Shown: in pieces, positions 49,845 through 64,000 of the stretch
Layout: every line of letters begins with the position of its first letter
Position numbering within the stretch: the stretch's first letter is position 1
Assembly (NCBI RefSeq): GCF_018350175.1
Contig: NC_058373.1
Coordinates: 115,942,001-116,006,000, forward strand
Direction of reading: 5' to 3'
DNA length: 64,000 nt
Source: Felis catus
Lineage: Eukaryota
Program-made: the position numbers and the translations under genes
The notes under the pieces: model-generated
The model's input: the letters and a program-made list of their open reading frames with translations, nothing else
What the model was told of the DNA's origin: nothing
Database searches by the model: none

Positions 49845-52800
49845 ACAAGCCTTGGCATTTTTAAGGCAACTCACTTGCTCATCTTCCAGTCTTATGTTCT
49901 GTAGGTCACACATCCTTTTGTTGTGATTGTGCCTTCTGTGATTAGGATTTCCATTCTGTGACCATCCCGGGTGGTGAAGAGGCAAGTGGCCTGCATTCTG
50001 TAACCAGGTCAGAATTTCCCTGGGTCTTTTGTCATTAGGAAGATGACCTGAATTTGTATGGACAGAGAGGTGTGAGGAGCCAGTGAGGCATAATTTCCAG
50101 TGAGCCTAAAGACTGCAGAAGCCCTACCCATACGTCCTCCTCTTTTCTGTCCCCCTTGCTCCAGTTAGGAGGTCCTGAGAAATTTAAGTGGAAGGGTTAA
50201 GAGCGGAAACTCATTTCAGCCATTACCGTCTCAGTAATCACTTTGCGGACACAGTGAGAAATGACCCACTAGATGAATAGCATCTGGAATTATCCAAATG
50301 CATTACTCTAGACCTGGTCAGTTTTAATGTCATGAGAGGGATGATACCATCTTTTTAAAATATGTTTCAGTTTTAGTACCGAGTGAGGTTGGCCATGTAT
50401 TATTTATTCCGTGCAGTGTGGGGCATTTGCAATCCTAGCACCCCGGAAAGTACTATTTATTTTTTGGTTAGTGTCTTTATGATCGGCTGGTACTAGGTTC
50501 TGACTTTGTGGGTCCAAATGTCATCTCCCAAGAAACAAAAACAAAGAAGCCCCAAAGCCAGCACTAAGGAGACCAGCTGGCCCTGGGTCTAGTGCAACAC
50601 TAACTGAGGTAGACCCGCATGACAGCTGGGGGCACATTCGCCACATATGTGAACTTAACCTGTTCGCAAAATCCCTGACCTTGATTTTCCTCACTTATTA
50701 AATGGGTATGGTCAGGCCGGCTTGACTCACAAGGTGAGGGCGAGGAGCAAGAAGATAATGTATGTGAATGTGCTTCCTAGCCTACCAAGTATTAGAAGTG
50801 TAAATTGTCGTTTTAAGTGATATAAATTCGTCCTGAACATTAGCAATGTGCCTCTGGTGTTGAGGAAGGGACGGCGTGTGTACTCAATGCTCCAGATTCT
50901 TATTTGGCCCCTGAATCTCAGAAATCCTGACCACCTGTATTGGTAGCTCAGACGCAGCAGACTGAGTATTGGAAGGAAACTCACTCATTCATTGAATCTT
51001 TACTGTTCACTATGCAAATCGAAATCTTCTCTGTTCTCCTCCAAACATGGCACGGGGGCAGTGGGAACTAGGGTTCCAGTCTAGGGTCGGCTGCTCACTT
51101 GCTCCGTGACTGTGGACAAGTCACAGCACTCTAAGCCTCCGTTTCCCCAAATGTAAACAGTGGGGGTTGGGCCAGTGCCCTCACAAGTGCTGGACTGTCT
51201 AGGATTTTGAAGGCCTTTCGGCGACTCCCCCCACCCGTGTCCCAGCCTCTCTTTCTGGGAGCAGATTTAGGAAAGAGACAAGAAACAAGCTCTCTTTTAT
51301 TCTAGTTTACTGGTATGTGCTGACAAATAGCCATGAAAAGATCTCAACTAAGATTTCCAAGGCAACCCTTGCAAATATGGGAGTAAACCGAAATAAGGGA
51401 CCTCACAGCCTCCCAGGATGATAGAGTCAGACAGAGGGTCTCTGCCAAAAACCAGGGTAAGTGTTGGAAGCCTATTTAAAATGCCATCTGGCCCCTGGAC
51501 TCTTAATGGATGTCACAAAATATCACCTGTTACTGCTCTATCTTCCCAGATTATTTCAAAATTCAGACTTCGATTTGGAGCAGGCAACAGTTGCTGGCTA
51601 AGTTAATAGCATCTCAGACAGTTGCTGCCCTTGGCCCAAAGCTAAAGATCCCTCAGGAGTCTGGGGTACAGCCAAGCATTTGGGGATATGGTTCTGGGCC
51701 TCATGCTCACCCTGAGTCAGAAAGGAGTAAGCGTCTTGCTCAAATGGATCTGCACCCTCAGGCTGTGGAGGCCGCTGGGTCATTGGGAACTCGTGTAGAC
51801 TCTTCTTTATGCCGTTATAGGGAAGAAGGGCTGTAGCCCTGTGTGTGCCAATGAGGATGGGAGGGAAGAGAGAGAACACAGAGGGACAGACACAGGGCAG
51901 TGTGGCCTCATGGGAGAGAACTTTACTTAGTATGACAGGATCTAGGTTTGAATCCTGACTTCCTGTGGACTCCTCCATTAACCCCAGGCAGGTCCTGACC
52001 TCTCTGAGCTTGTTTCCTTTATAGTATGGGAGTGATAATATGCAGCACACAGGACTGTGATGGTGATTGAGATGAAATGACACAGCAGGCGTCATTAATA
52101 AATGATGGCTTGTGTAAATCTAACCCCTACTCCAGTAGGGACCAGGACGGGAAAGTATGTGAGACGGGAGGGACAAAGGACCCTGCAAAGGAGGTTATGG
52201 GGGCGTATGGGAAGCAAGTGAGCAAACAGAGGAGGTCAAAAGAGAGGTCAGTGGCTTTAGGGCAGGGGAAGTGACCAAGGTGTAAACTAATAGCCTTCAG
52301 TGTGGGTGTTTCGAACCTGGTGCGTTCCTGGGCCCAGGAGGCTGAGTGAACAGGTAACCCATCGGGCTTCCTCTGAAGGGCAGCAGAGCCAGAAGCAAGG
52401 GCCGCTGGGACATGGGGTCTGTGCCTACTTGCAGCTTCTCGGGATACAGGTTGGTCCAGGAGACAGAGACTGCTGGGCTCTAGGCAGACGTGTTTCGGCA
52501 TGAAACCGTATCAGCAAATAAGGTTCGGTTAGAGTCCGTTCTCTGCCATTTTCCATCCTCTACCTCAGGATCCTCTGACCGTCTCTTTGAACTGAATGAG
52601 TGGAGTTAGAACCTGGGCTCTCTCACAAGTCAGACCAGTTCAGAGTCTGAGAGCAGAGTGTAGGATTTGCCAGGGAGAGAAGACGCATGCTGTGATCAGT
52701 TGGGTTCCCTGGGGAGCCTAACGAGCAAGAAAGCTTACTGGCGGGAAGGGGACACGGAGGAAGGCAAGGCCTCCTTGAGAGGAAGACATCGGAGGGAGAG

Positions 52801-53614
52801 GCTGTGAGGCCGGTAGCCTCAGGCCTGCTCTGTGTGCTCTGTTGAGCCACATGCTGGTGCCAGCTTCCCAAGCTTCCCTCCTGGCGTTCCACGAGGAAGG
52901 CCCTTGGCTTGCACAGGCATCCTGAGAGTGAACACACTAGCAGGCGTGTCCCTTGGACTCTCCTGGTAATCCCCCCTTGCAGGCGTGCCTCCGCCATGAT
53001 GCCCAGGGCCCTCTCATGGCCCCAGGTCTTCCCAAGTCAGGGCCCCGGGAACAGGCCGTGCTTTCCGCTCAGGACGCCCTTCAGAAGCCTTCTCTGCACT
53101 CTTCTTTGGAGTTCTACCCCTGCTCTCTTTGGAGACATAATGGGCGGAGGTGATTTTTAACATAGGTTTCCAATTACAAAAGTGAAACGCTGTTAATTGT
53201 AGAAGATACTGCAAATAAAAGAAATTCAGAGAAGAGGCAACAACTCACTTGTCATCCAGCCATCCCGTCAACTCTTTTCTGTTTGGGTTGATTTCCTCCC
53301 AGTCTTTCTTCTGTGTCCGTATAAACATGGATCAGCTAGCCCACTTCAAGGTCCACCTTTCTCCGGTTTATTTCGGAAGGAAGGAGTTTGTCTCATTTGT
53401 GCTGGGGCTACTACCCCCGGGGACCCCTGACTTCCTTACCCTGTCCCTGCAGGATGCCGCTCACTCTCCCCGGGTGTCAGCCAGGGGGCACTTCTTCCCT
53501 TTGTGGCCTCTTCCCTTTCACGTCCTGTGCTACCACCCCATCAGGTTGTACAGCTACCGAAGGCTGCGGGATCCAAAAGGGTTTACATCTCAAAAACTGA
53601 ATATTCAAAATTCT

Positions 53615-53834
53615 TTTTCTTTTTTAAAAAAAATGTTTATTTATTTTGAGAGAGAGAGAAAGAGAGCATGTGCAAACAGGGGAGAGGCAGAGAGTGAGGG
53701 AGAGAGAGAGAATCCCAAGCAGTCTCCACACCATCAGCGTGGAGCCCAACGTGGGGCTCGATGTCACGAACCATGAGATCATGACCTGAAGTCAAGAGTT
53801 GGGTGATCAATTGACTGAGCCACCCAGGTGCCCC
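53615..53834 (-). mobile_element. CanSINE
   Basis: Poly(T), (GA)n, ctgagccacccaggtgcccc. Confidence 0.88.
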
Positions 53835-54052
53835 GACCGCTTAACTTTTTTTTTTGGCAGGTTCCAGCATCCTACCATGTTCCTCGGATTCTTCTCTCCC
53901 CTACAAACCTTCTGTTTCTTAGATTCTCCCACTTTCACGTTCAGGTCGTTTCACAGACAGAGCAGTTTGCTCATCTTTTTATCCTGCCTTATTTGCCTCC
54001 AACTCATCTCTAAGTTTCACCTTACCCACTAGAGCAGTTGGTGAGGGTATTC

Positions 54053-54264
54053 TTTTTTTTTTTTTTTAATGTTTATTTGTTTTGAGAGAGAGAGAGAGAG
54101 AGAGTGCAAGGGGAGGGGCAGGGAGAGAGGGAGACACAGAATCTGAACTCCAGAGCTCCGAGCTGTCAGCACAGAGCCCAATGCGGGGCTCGAACCCACG
54201 AACCATGAGATCATGACCTGAGCCAAAGTTGGATGCTTAACCGACTGAGCCACCCAGGAGCCCC
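54053..54264 (-). mobile_element. CanSINE
   Basis: TSD tgag(g/a)gtattctt. Confidence 0.9.
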
Positions 54265-55449
54265 TGATGAGAGTATTCTTAAAAAAGGATAATTTCTTCC
54301 CCAAGAGGAACTCTGATGACTGCTATTGCAAATTCTCCACCCTGATTATTTTTCTCCACCAGTTATTCTTCACAAGATTCACAGTGTACTGCACAAATGT
54401 TTACAACCTTTATTTTTCCACCGATGTTTTCCACTAAGAATGTCTTTTCAGTGTCATGAAGTATTTTTCTACAGCATGATTTTAATGTCTGTCATGTTCC
54501 ATTATACCCATGTCCCATTGTTTATTTAACCAGTCTTCTACTGGTAGATAGTTTGGTTATTTCCAACACTTTGCTAATATAAACAGTGCTGCCATAGAGA
54601 GGCCACAGAAGTGCTCTTTCTGTTACATATGTGCCTGTTAATTAACTTACCCCCAAAATATCTGGTGACATGATGTTTGCACAGGTGCCATGGAAGGACT
54701 GTGGGGAAGGCAACAGGAATAGGAGAGAGGATGCTGGGGTCCAAAGGGATGGCGGGCGAGGTCATCAGACCAGAAAAAGCCTTCTTTAAAGTCCAAAAAG
54801 AGACTAGGATGGGATTTTGGCTTCTGAGATTTCCCTTCATCCTGGCTCAGAATTCCTGACACTAAGCATGACATGTGTCTTGGCCAGAGCCAGCAAGGTA
54901 AACATAATTTCAGGCGATGGGTTTCTTCTATTGCTAGGTATATACTTATCATCACATTCCAAATGACCCAGCTGCTCCCCCCACCATTCCCACTTCCAAC
55001 CCAAGAAAGGGATGTTAATGAAGACTCCAATAAGCATTAATCCTGTCCTAGCACCCATTCTTATCCTGTGTGTCTACCACAGTGAGGTCAAGAATGAGAG
55101 TTAGGGGCCACAGGGAGATAGCTTGTCAGTATGCCACCATAGCACCTGAGTGGTTCCCTCATGAACAGGGGTATGTGGAAGGCACCAAAAAGCTGAACTG
55201 ACCTCAGGCTTTGGCATTACACTCTGTTGAGCAGACTCTGACATCTCTTAAAGGACTACCAACATGAGCCTTCAACGTAAAGGATTTTAGATGGGTTTTT
55301 CACCTTAGCTCTCTCACCTGCCATGTTAACACCTACGTGCTGGCCAAGAAAGGCCGAAAAAGAAGAGTGTCAGCTCCTTGAAGGTACCAGTGTCTTTTCA
55401 ACACTGTCCATTTTCCTTATGAAGCCCTGGGCATAGGCCGTGATGAATA

Positions 55450-55897
55450 ATTTTTTAAAATTCTTTTAATGTTTATTTATTTTTGAGACAGAGAGAGACA
55501 GAACTTGAGTGGGGGAAGGGCAGAGAGAGAGGGAGACACAGAATCCGAAGCAGGCTCCAGGCTCTGAGCCATCAGCACAGAGCCTGATGTGGGGCTCGAA
55601 CCCACAAGCTATGAGATCATGACCTGAGCTAAAGTTGGATGCTCAACCGACTGAGCCCCCCAGGCCCCCCTGAATAATTTTTTTTAAAGTTTATTTATTT
55701 TGAGAGAGAGAAAGAGAGAGAGCATGAGTGAGTTGGGGAGGGGCAGAGAGTGAGGGAGAGAGAGAGAGGATCCTAAGCAGGCTCCACCCTATCAGCGCTG
55801 AGCCTGAAGTGGGGCTTGAACCCACAGACCATAAGATCATGACCTGAGCTGAAGCCAAGAGTCAGACACTTAACTGACTGAGCCACGCAGGTGCCCC
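55450..55897 (-). mobile_element. Two tandem CanSINEs
   Basis: Copies at about 55450-55670 and 55678-55897; tgaataattttt repeated at 55444 and 55671. Confidence 0.9.
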
Positions 55898-56869
55898 GAA
55901 TATATCTTTTTCAAATAAGTTTACTAAGAGGCCCTGCCCAAATTGTGTGGCGATGGTGAGAGCAGCATCCCTTGTTCAAGCAGCTCTTGAATGTTGGGGA
56001 CATCCAAGTGAAAAACTCAAAGGGTGGGGAAACAAAGAGCAGCTGGGTCCTGGTGCAAAGTAGGGCTCTTCAAAGACAGTTTTGCTAAAACAAAGAAAGC
56101 AAAGGAAGCCGTTGGCAGTGTGTGTTCAAATCAAATGCGAGCATGTGCTGGATTGGAAAACAGAAGGCCAGAAATGAATGTGAATGGCCCCAGAGGAGAC
56201 TGAACCCACTGGACAAAGCCACACACTCCTGGCAGTGGGAGCTGCAGCATCACTGGCGGGAGAGCTCTTGTCTGGGCACCAGGCAGGGCAAGGCTGGTGT
56301 GAACAGATACGGCCATCTTCCTGCTCTTACAGTTTCCCAGTGCCTTGGACTCGGAAGAGACCTTTAGAGATCATGGAGCCCAGGTTTCCAGGTCAGCTGG
56401 AGTGGAACCAATATGGGACTTGGGTTTAGATGACTCTGGCTCTTTCCTTACAAGTCAGATGGGCTCAGCAAGCCACCTAACTTCCTTAAGCCTCAGCTTC
56501 TGGAAACAGGACGAATAACACCTATTTCCCACAGTCATCTTGAAGGTCAAGGGAGTTGTGAAACAAGATACTAACGTTAGGTATTGCTACTTATCAAGCA
56601 TACAATGTATGCAAATCACAATGATGTGATTTCGCTGTGGGAGGATTTAAAGATGCCCTACAGAATGCTTGTCTGGAAGGGCAAAGAAGACATGTTTCAT
56701 GAATAATTGCAATGATGGGCATGATCTGAGTATATGGCTGTGAAAAATCATTTTATTCTCGGGAAAACTAAAGGGTCCACTTGATGATTATACCTATAGA
56801 TCTGACCTCATTGGAAAAAAAAGAGTACCCAACAGGAAACCATTACCATCAGGTAGTAGAAACAAACAA

Positions 56870-57682
56870 TGATTTCCCAGCAAGTTAGAAATAGAAGGAA
56901 ATTATCTGATGTTGATAAAGAGTTTCTACCAAACAACTAAAGCTAACACCATGCTACATGATGACAGATTGAATGTTTTCCCTCATGACCCAGTGCACCC
57001 TTGGGCATTTGTCCTAGACAAATGAAAGCTGTCTGTGACTGTTCACAGCAGCGTTATTCACAATAACCAAAACACCAAGAACAGCTCAGATGTCCTTCAT
57101 CAGATGAAATGGTCAGATGATGGTACATCGACACCGTGGAATACTACTCAGCAGTAAAAGGGACAAACTGTTGATCCATGCAACAACTTGGATGCGTCTC
57201 AAGGGGATTATTCTGAGTGAAAAAAAGCCGACTCCCAGAGGCTTCATACTGTATGGTTCCTTTTATGTGATGCTTTGAGATGACAAAATTTTAGTAAGGA
57301 AAAATGGACTAGTGGTTGTCAGGGGTTAAAGAGGAGTTGGGGATACAGGAGGGGTAGAGATGCAGTTATTAAAGGGCAATAGGAGGGATCCTGATGGCAG
57401 TGGAACTGTTTTGTAACTTTGAAGGTAGATAGAGGAATCTACATAAGTGATAAAATGGCATATAACTAGACATACACGCACGAGTACAAGTAAACCTGCA
57501 AAAATCAATCTGAGGACTGTGTTAGTGTCAGTCTTATGGCCAACACATTATGCTATAGTTTTATAAGATGTTACCATTTGGGGGAGACTGGGTCAAGGGT
57601 GCAGGGGAGCTTTATGGATTATTTCTGACACCTGCATGTGAATCTACAGTTACCTCAACAAAAATTTCTGTTAAAAAATAAT
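56870..57682 (+). mobile_element. L1MC-type fragment with 3' end
   Basis: gttcacagcagcgttattcacaataacc...ggaatactactcagcagtaaaag...gatgttaccatttgggggagactgggtcaaggg...gcatgtgaatctacagtt. Confidence 0.8.
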
Positions 57683-58914
57683 ACTAAGGGGGTTGGTTTT
57701 ACAAGCACCAGCTAAGGTAGGGGTTGTTTCAGGAAGAAACCAGAGACGGATCATGTCAGCCCTAGGAGGATAACAGTAGACTCTGGATGGAATTGGAGAT
57801 GGTGGTGGTTTTAGAAGTTTAAAAAAAAAAAAGAAAAAAAGGCTTGGTGGAAACTCTGCACTTGGTTTTGTTTGTTTGTTTATTTGTTTTCCTCTTTGAT
57901 GCAGAGAGGGATCTAGAGAGTTATACAGGAAGCTTCCAGATGAGAAGTATACATAAAGAGTGGGCAGTTTGGCACTGTGAGGGCCTCACACTTAGGCCTC
58001 ACAAGAAGCAGAACTCAGGCCTCAAATCTGTCCAATGAAGGAAACGAGTTAAAATTCGTTATAGGCAGTTAAGCATCCTGGGAAGGCAGTGTGTGTAACA
58101 CTTGGGAGCACAGTCTCGGGGGGCAGGTGGCTCAGGTTCACATCCTGGCCCTGACACTTAGTTGTTTGTGACCCTGGGCAAAGTGAATGAACTTCCCTGG
58201 GCCTCAGTTTCCCCATCTAGAGAAGTACTAGAGCCTTAGGTTGTTATCCAGATGAAATGAGTTAATGCTTACAACAGTGCTTGGCCCATTCATACTTAAT
58301 AAAAGTTATCTGCTCTTCATTTAACTACCCTTCCGGAAGGATGGATGGACACTTCCTCCTGGTACAGGGCTAGATTCTCTTGAGCTTATTATGGACCATT
58401 TCAGCCTTCTGCCCTGTTTCCCCATTTCCCTGGCCTGAGCTCCTGTTCTCCAGCGAGAAGTCTCTAGACTCTAAGAAGAGAAGAACCCAAAGTGTCACAA
58501 GCTGATCATCTGCCCGAGAACAATTGTTTTCCCACACGTGCAGGTTTTTCTAGCTCTAGGATTGGCCATCTGGGACGTGTGTGCCCTCGAGGGTAATCCT
58601 GGAGCTCCTCCCTGCTGTCCTGGGCTCTCAAGATTTAACCAACTGGTTGATCCCTAAGAAACATACATCCAAAATGCTAGTATATAAAGTACCAGCTCAG
58701 AAGGTGAAGGCTACCTGCAGGCACCCTCTGGGGACTTACTAAAAATGTGTGTTACTGGGCCTAGCCCTTGGGCATCCACATCACTGGGCATGGGGTCCAC
58801 GTTAAACAAGTTTCCACGGATGATTTAATGAGAAACATTTGTCTGTGGGGTTCTCGTCAGATGTCAGACTTTTTTTCATCCTGCCAGCAAGCCTTCAAGG
58901 AAAAGGTAGATAGC

Positions 58915-59144
58915 GGGGCGCCTGGGTGGCTTAGTGGGTTAGGCATCTGGCTTTGGCTCAGGTCATGATCTCATAGCCTGCGAGTTTGAGCCCCTTGTCG
59001 GGCTCTGTGCTGACAGCTCAGAGCCTGGAACCTGCTTTGGCGTGGCTCCCTCTGTCTTTGCCCCTTTCCCCACTCACGCTCTGCTCTCACGGGCTCTCTC
59101 TCTCTCTCAAAATAAATAAACGTTAAAAAAAAAAATTTTTTTTT
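58915..59144 (+). mobile_element. CanSINE
   Basis: Perfect 18-bp TSD aaggaaaaggtagatagc at 58897-58914 and 59145-59162. Confidence 0.93.
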
Positions 59145-60747
59145 AAGGAAAAGGTAGATAGCAACCATAATTATCTTTATGTTTACCCACTTCAAACTTG
59201 AGACCCTGAGAGGTGATGCGTTTTAACCCAAGGACACACGCGTGAATGCCACTGCTGGGAACACCGTCGCATCAACTAACTCAGAGGCACTGAAACTGAC
59301 CAGCAACTTGTCTGCTAAAAACACTTCTGACTTCCCTGCTCCCCCCCACCTGCCAGACTCTCTGTTGCTGTATAGAGTCAGGAGCTGACTTATTAATTTT
59401 CCTGCCACGCTGGCATTTAGAGCTCCTAGCTCTCCTGGATTATTGGGGCTGCAGAGGAACTCAGTGACTTTAGGTCCAGCCCCACCCCATCCATAAAGCT
59501 GTCAGCCAGATACTGACTATGGAACCTGCTCATCCATCCTCGATGAGGGAGCAGGTGCAGACAGCACTACTGTTTGCGGTTGGGTGTGTAGAGGGGTAGA
59601 ACCACCTGTTGACCCAGAGGCTGTCCCGGGTGTAAGCGAGGAGAAAATAGGCCCGGAGCCCCACTCCATTCATACCCTTAAGCCCCCTTTTCTGGCTGCA
59701 AAGCTACTTTTGGAATGTTCTCTGCATATACCCATCCACTCCCAGTAGAGAAGACCCACCTCTAAAAGGAAAACCGGCAGGGAAAACCAAGCCTCAGACC
59801 TGGGTTTGGGGAGCATTGGGGGCACGTGCGAGTTTATATACGTCCAGGCCGTGAAGCAAAAGCGAGAAATCCAAAGAAATCAGGGTTTTCAGAACTCTGA
59901 ACTCCAGCATTTGTGTATGTAGAGGAGAAAATCAGCGCTTTCATGGAGAGGTGGAACTGGGGTGGGGGTGGGGTTGGTCATTCCAGTCCTGGATACGGAG
60001 CCACACGCGTGAAGTTTCTGTCGTTTCACTGCCCAGGCCGCATTCTCACGGCTCTGTCCTAGAAAGACCCTCTAAATCACCCTCCAGAATGTCTCTGACC
60101 CATCTTGAAAATTTGCTTTAAATCCGGCTTGAGCTCTGGGTATGTATGTGTCATACCCTGTGTGTAGGACTCAAAATGGAAATGTTCTCTGACGAATGTA
60201 CACGTTGCTGGGGAAACCATGTTTGACAAATGGCTTCCTAAAGAGCTGGCGCTTATGAGAATCGGTTTCTGTGCCCAGCACCGTGTGAAGCACATACCAT
60301 ACGTTAATTTTCTCATTTTCTCATCACAAGTGTTCCCACAAAATAGATATTATTATCTCCACTTAATACATAAGAAGAATGAGGCCGAGGGAGATTAAGT
60401 AACATGCTCAAGGGCCTGGGCTACTAGGTGGCAGAGCTTGGATTGCAGCCCAGTCCTGGATCTCCAGATCGAGCAATTGATGTTCAGCCAGGACACCCCA
60501 GAACTGGCACGACGGCACAATACTATATGCCTGTCCGGATAGGTTATGACCTATCCCGGTCGTTAAATATTCCGAATGTCACCTCCGTCCCGATCCAGAC
60601 TCCATCCACTTTACGGCTATGCCGTGACCCCTTAAAAATAAATTCGAAAACCAAATAATTTGGTCCACTTTTGGGAGATTCCCCCCCCCCCCCACTAATG
60701 TAATGGCCACGCCCTGAGCCCACATCTCAAAGGGATGAGCAGTAAGG

Positions 60748-61198
60748 TGTATTAGTTTCCTAAGGTCACCATCACAAAGCAGCACAAAGTGTGGCTTAAG
60801 GTAACAGAAGTCTTGTCACAGTTCTGGAAGCTAGGAGGGCAAGGCCAAGGTGTTTCTCACGTTGGTTCCTTCTGAGAGCCGTGAGGGAGAGTCCGTTCCA
60901 TGTCTCTCTCCTAGCTTCTTGTGGCCTAGGTTCCTTGGCTTGTAGATGGCCGCCTTCTACCTATGTCTTTTCACATCGTCTTTCCCATATGTGTGTCTGT
61001 CTCTGTGTCCAAATTTCTCCTTTTTCTAGAGACACCAGAACCCTGTATTGATGGGCCCTGTATTGAATTAGGGCCCATCCTAGTGACCTCATGTTGACTT
61101 GGTTACCTCTGTAGAGACCCTTTCTCCAAATAGGATCATATTCTAAGGTATTGAGGATGAGGACTTATCTTTTGGAGAAGTCACAATTCAACCCATAA
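60748..61198 (-). mobile_element. MLT1 (MaLR) solo LTR, MLT1B/C-like
   Basis: tgtattagtttcct...cacagttctggaagctag...ggttccttctgag...cacaattcaacccataa is the classic MLT1 reverse-strand layout. Confidence 0.85.
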
Positions 61199-62977
61199 AG
61201 TGGGGCAACCTCCTTCTCCTCACTCCCGGCCCCAATCCGGTCTTTCCTTCCCTCCCATCCAGTCCATGCTTCCCTTCTGGGCAGCTGGTAAGGACAAACT
61301 ATAGCAGATCAGTTGTAAGAAGAAAACCAATGACTGCATGAACTTGTTCTTCCTTCTCTCATCCAGCTTCCCTTCATCTCCTGCCAGTGAGTGGCACTTT
61401 GCCCAGGCAGTCACTATGCCCTGCGTGCACCAGGAAAAACAAAAACAAAACAGGTGCCAGAGCTAGGAGAACCTGACATGTTTTAGCCTGAGGTCTCAGT
61501 GTGGTTGCTTTGGAGAACATCAAACGTATGATTTCCTCTGTTCGAGTGCACGGCTGGGCCATGGGGTTCTTTCGGTTGCCGATTCTCTTTTTCCTACCAC
61601 AGACCCCTTTGTGGAGTAAAGAAAGCCTGCCAGCTCCTTTTATAAAAGCATACTCTAACCACCCAAGGTTGGCAGTGGAAGAGGAATCTCCACATACAAG
61701 GGATGGTTGGACATTTATAGCCCAGTTTTTGTCCCCCCCAATTTACCTTTCTCTTGTAACTTGCACTGTCTACAACTTCTGTCACCATTATGGGCTTGGG
61801 GAAGGCTTTTCTCTTCTAGAACTTCTTCCCAACCATTAGAAACTTGTCTTAATTCTCCACAGCTTGGTTGATGCAGGGCTGCAGCATTTGTTTAACCATG
61901 TCAGAAGACTCAGAGACCGGAAGGTTAATAACATTTCTTTCAAAAGGGTTTCCGGGTGTGATTGGGAACTCAGGGCTATCTTTACATGTCCACCGTGGAC
62001 ACGGCTTCCCACTTTGCACCCCCTCTGCCACCACATGACTACATCTTTGGATCCAAATATATACTCAGAGTGGAGGCCACAGACGGGAACAAGCTTCCTC
62101 TCCATCCAGCATGAGGCCTGCCTTCCCAAGTTCACAGCCTCCTCTGCTGAGGCTGACTGATGGTGGCTGAACTTACTCCCTTCAGGGAAGATCCTGCCCC
62201 GGTCCATGGCCTTGGGAGACCACATAATCCAATCTCTATGTGGAAAAAAAAAAATCTCCACATAGAGGGAGATTTGTTTTACAGAAGCCCTTTTGATCTC
62301 TGCCCTACCACTCCTGAGTGCCATCCCCAACAGAAGATACCTCACCATAAGTCACAGGGAGACAATTCCTTTCGAAGAGGAACCAATGAAACAATGGCAT
62401 CTTTCTGTTAAGTGGCAACCATTTGTATTCATAGGCTGTTAGACTGCAATGGAGAGCACAGATTATTCAGCCAAGTGGAGGCCCCTCCCTTTACAGATAG
62501 GAAACTGAGGCCCAGAAAGGGAAAGTGATTTTCATACTGTTGGCTAATGGCAGAAGTGGGACTAGAATCCAGTTTTTCGGATCCCCAGCCCAGTACTCTA
62601 AAATATTGGCCCATTCCATATAGCAGAGCACTTAGGCTGTCGTATTGTAAACTTTAATTCACATGGAGACCAGGTTACAACAACGTGGAAGAATACTTCT
62701 GAATCATCAGCGAACCCAAAATGACAGTCTTAGCCCTCCTGGATGAAGGGCTTTAACCACACGAGTGTGACAGGAGACGGAAAATATTTCAGAGGTTCCC
62801 TAATGTTCTATCTCCTGGTTGCCTCTTAAACTGATCCCCCTCCCCTGTCTTTCTGCCTCCACTTGAGCCAACCTAGTCAAACCATTTCTTCATCCCAGGT
62901 GACTAATAACAAAGTCCCAGATCCTAAACACAGTCCAGAAGGGTCTGGGTGTCCTGGTTTCATCTTACTTTTCCAGC

Positions 62978-63184
62978 TTTTTTAGAAAAATGTTTTTATT
63001 TTTGAGAGAGAGCGAGCATGTGCATACATGAGTGGGGGGAGGGACAGAGAGAAGGTGACAGACAATCTGAACAGGTTCTGCACTTTCCACACAGATCCTG
63101 AGGGGGGGCTTGAACCCACGCACCAGGAGATCATGACCTGAGCGGAAGTACGACGCTCAACTGACGGAGGCACCCAGGTGCCCT
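62978..63184 (-). mobile_element. CanSINE
   Basis: gagatcatgacctgagcggaag...ggcacccaggtgccc. Confidence 0.88.
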
Positions 63185-63383
63185 CACCTTTCCTTCCTTT
63201 TACCCATCCTTTCCATCTCTCTGTTCCAACCAGGCGTGGTTCCCCAGAACTCCTCAAATAAGTCATTTGCCCCCCACCACCATCTCTTTCTCTAACAGAG
63301 CAAAGATAAGGTTCTGCCTAGAAAGAAAAGAAGAAGAAAAAGATTCTGCCTAGAAAGCTTTTTCTCCTTTCCACCACCGAGAT

Positions 63384-63580
63384 CACTGGTTCTCCAACAG
63401 AGGGGAATTTTACCCCCCACAGGACCTTTTGCAATATCTGGAGACATTGTTTTGTTCTCACAACTGGCATCCAGTGGGTAGAAGCCAGGGATGTTGCTAA
63501 ACATCATACAACGGGCAGGGCATTCCCCCACGACAGAAAATTATCCAGCCTAAGATGTTTTAGTGCTAAGTTGAGGAACA
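63384..63580 (+). mobile_element. MER20 (hAT-Charlie) element
   Basis: ggttctc...ggggaattttacccccc...tctggagacatt...ctggcatccagtgggtagaagccagggatgttgctaaacatc...gttgagga. Confidence 0.85.
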
Positions 63581-64000
63581 ATCAGTCTTCAGAGCTTCAC
63601 TTAAATACCACTTCTTCCATGAAGTCCTCCCATGACACTGTATATTGGTTGAGGTCCCTTCCCCCTCAGTGTGTTCCCACTCTTCCCTTCTCCTTCTCCA
63701 TCTTGGCACATGGGAGTATCTGAGATCATGGAACCCGTGCCTTCCCCACCAGCCCATTAGCTCCAGGACAGAGTAGGTGTTTGGTTCACTACTGATCCCA
63801 GTGCCCAGTGCAGTCAGGGATTGCTTTTTGCCTTATTGACCCTACCACACAGAGAAAGGTGGTTTACGCAGGTGACGTGGCTTTTTCCAGGGCTTACTTG
63901 GGTTTTGGAGGGCTTCAAACACAGACCCACAGATACCCATGGTCAAGAGCACAGTCTGGGGATCCTGGCAGAAGTGGGTAAATATCATAATTCTACCACC

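Noticed and set aside
55340..55365. Second U2-like string (ggccaagaaaggccgaaaaag)
   Set aside because: Short, gapped similarity without a TSD; likely chance.

Overview
Mammalian genomic DNA. The roughly 35 tRNA-derived carnivore SINEs (CanSINE/SINEC_Fc-like) point to a felid. Two CpG-island promoters face away from each other about 39 kb apart. On the - strand is the 22-nt first coding exon of MED6 (MAAVDIR, 1550-1571). On the + strand is the first coding exon of TTC9 (40812-41229), followed by about 23 kb of its intron 1; I could not find exon 2. The rest is ordinary repeat-rich DNA: SINEs, L1, L2, MIR, MaLR/ERVL LTRs, hAT MER elements and microsatellites. Almost all ORFs in the track are spurious. 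I see no convincing new biological system. The most notable details are a 33-nt tailless U2 snRNA retrocopy with a target-site duplication (TSD), four SINEs inserted serially at one AGAGTCTT site, a templated double-hairpin insertion in an old L1, a poly(A)-only retro-insertion, and the unusual TTC9 leader (Z-DNA tract, strong-Kozak uORF, (GCG)8 repeat, Gly9 tract). Gene and repeat-family identities come from my recall of known sequences, not from database searches, and repeat boundaries are approximate.
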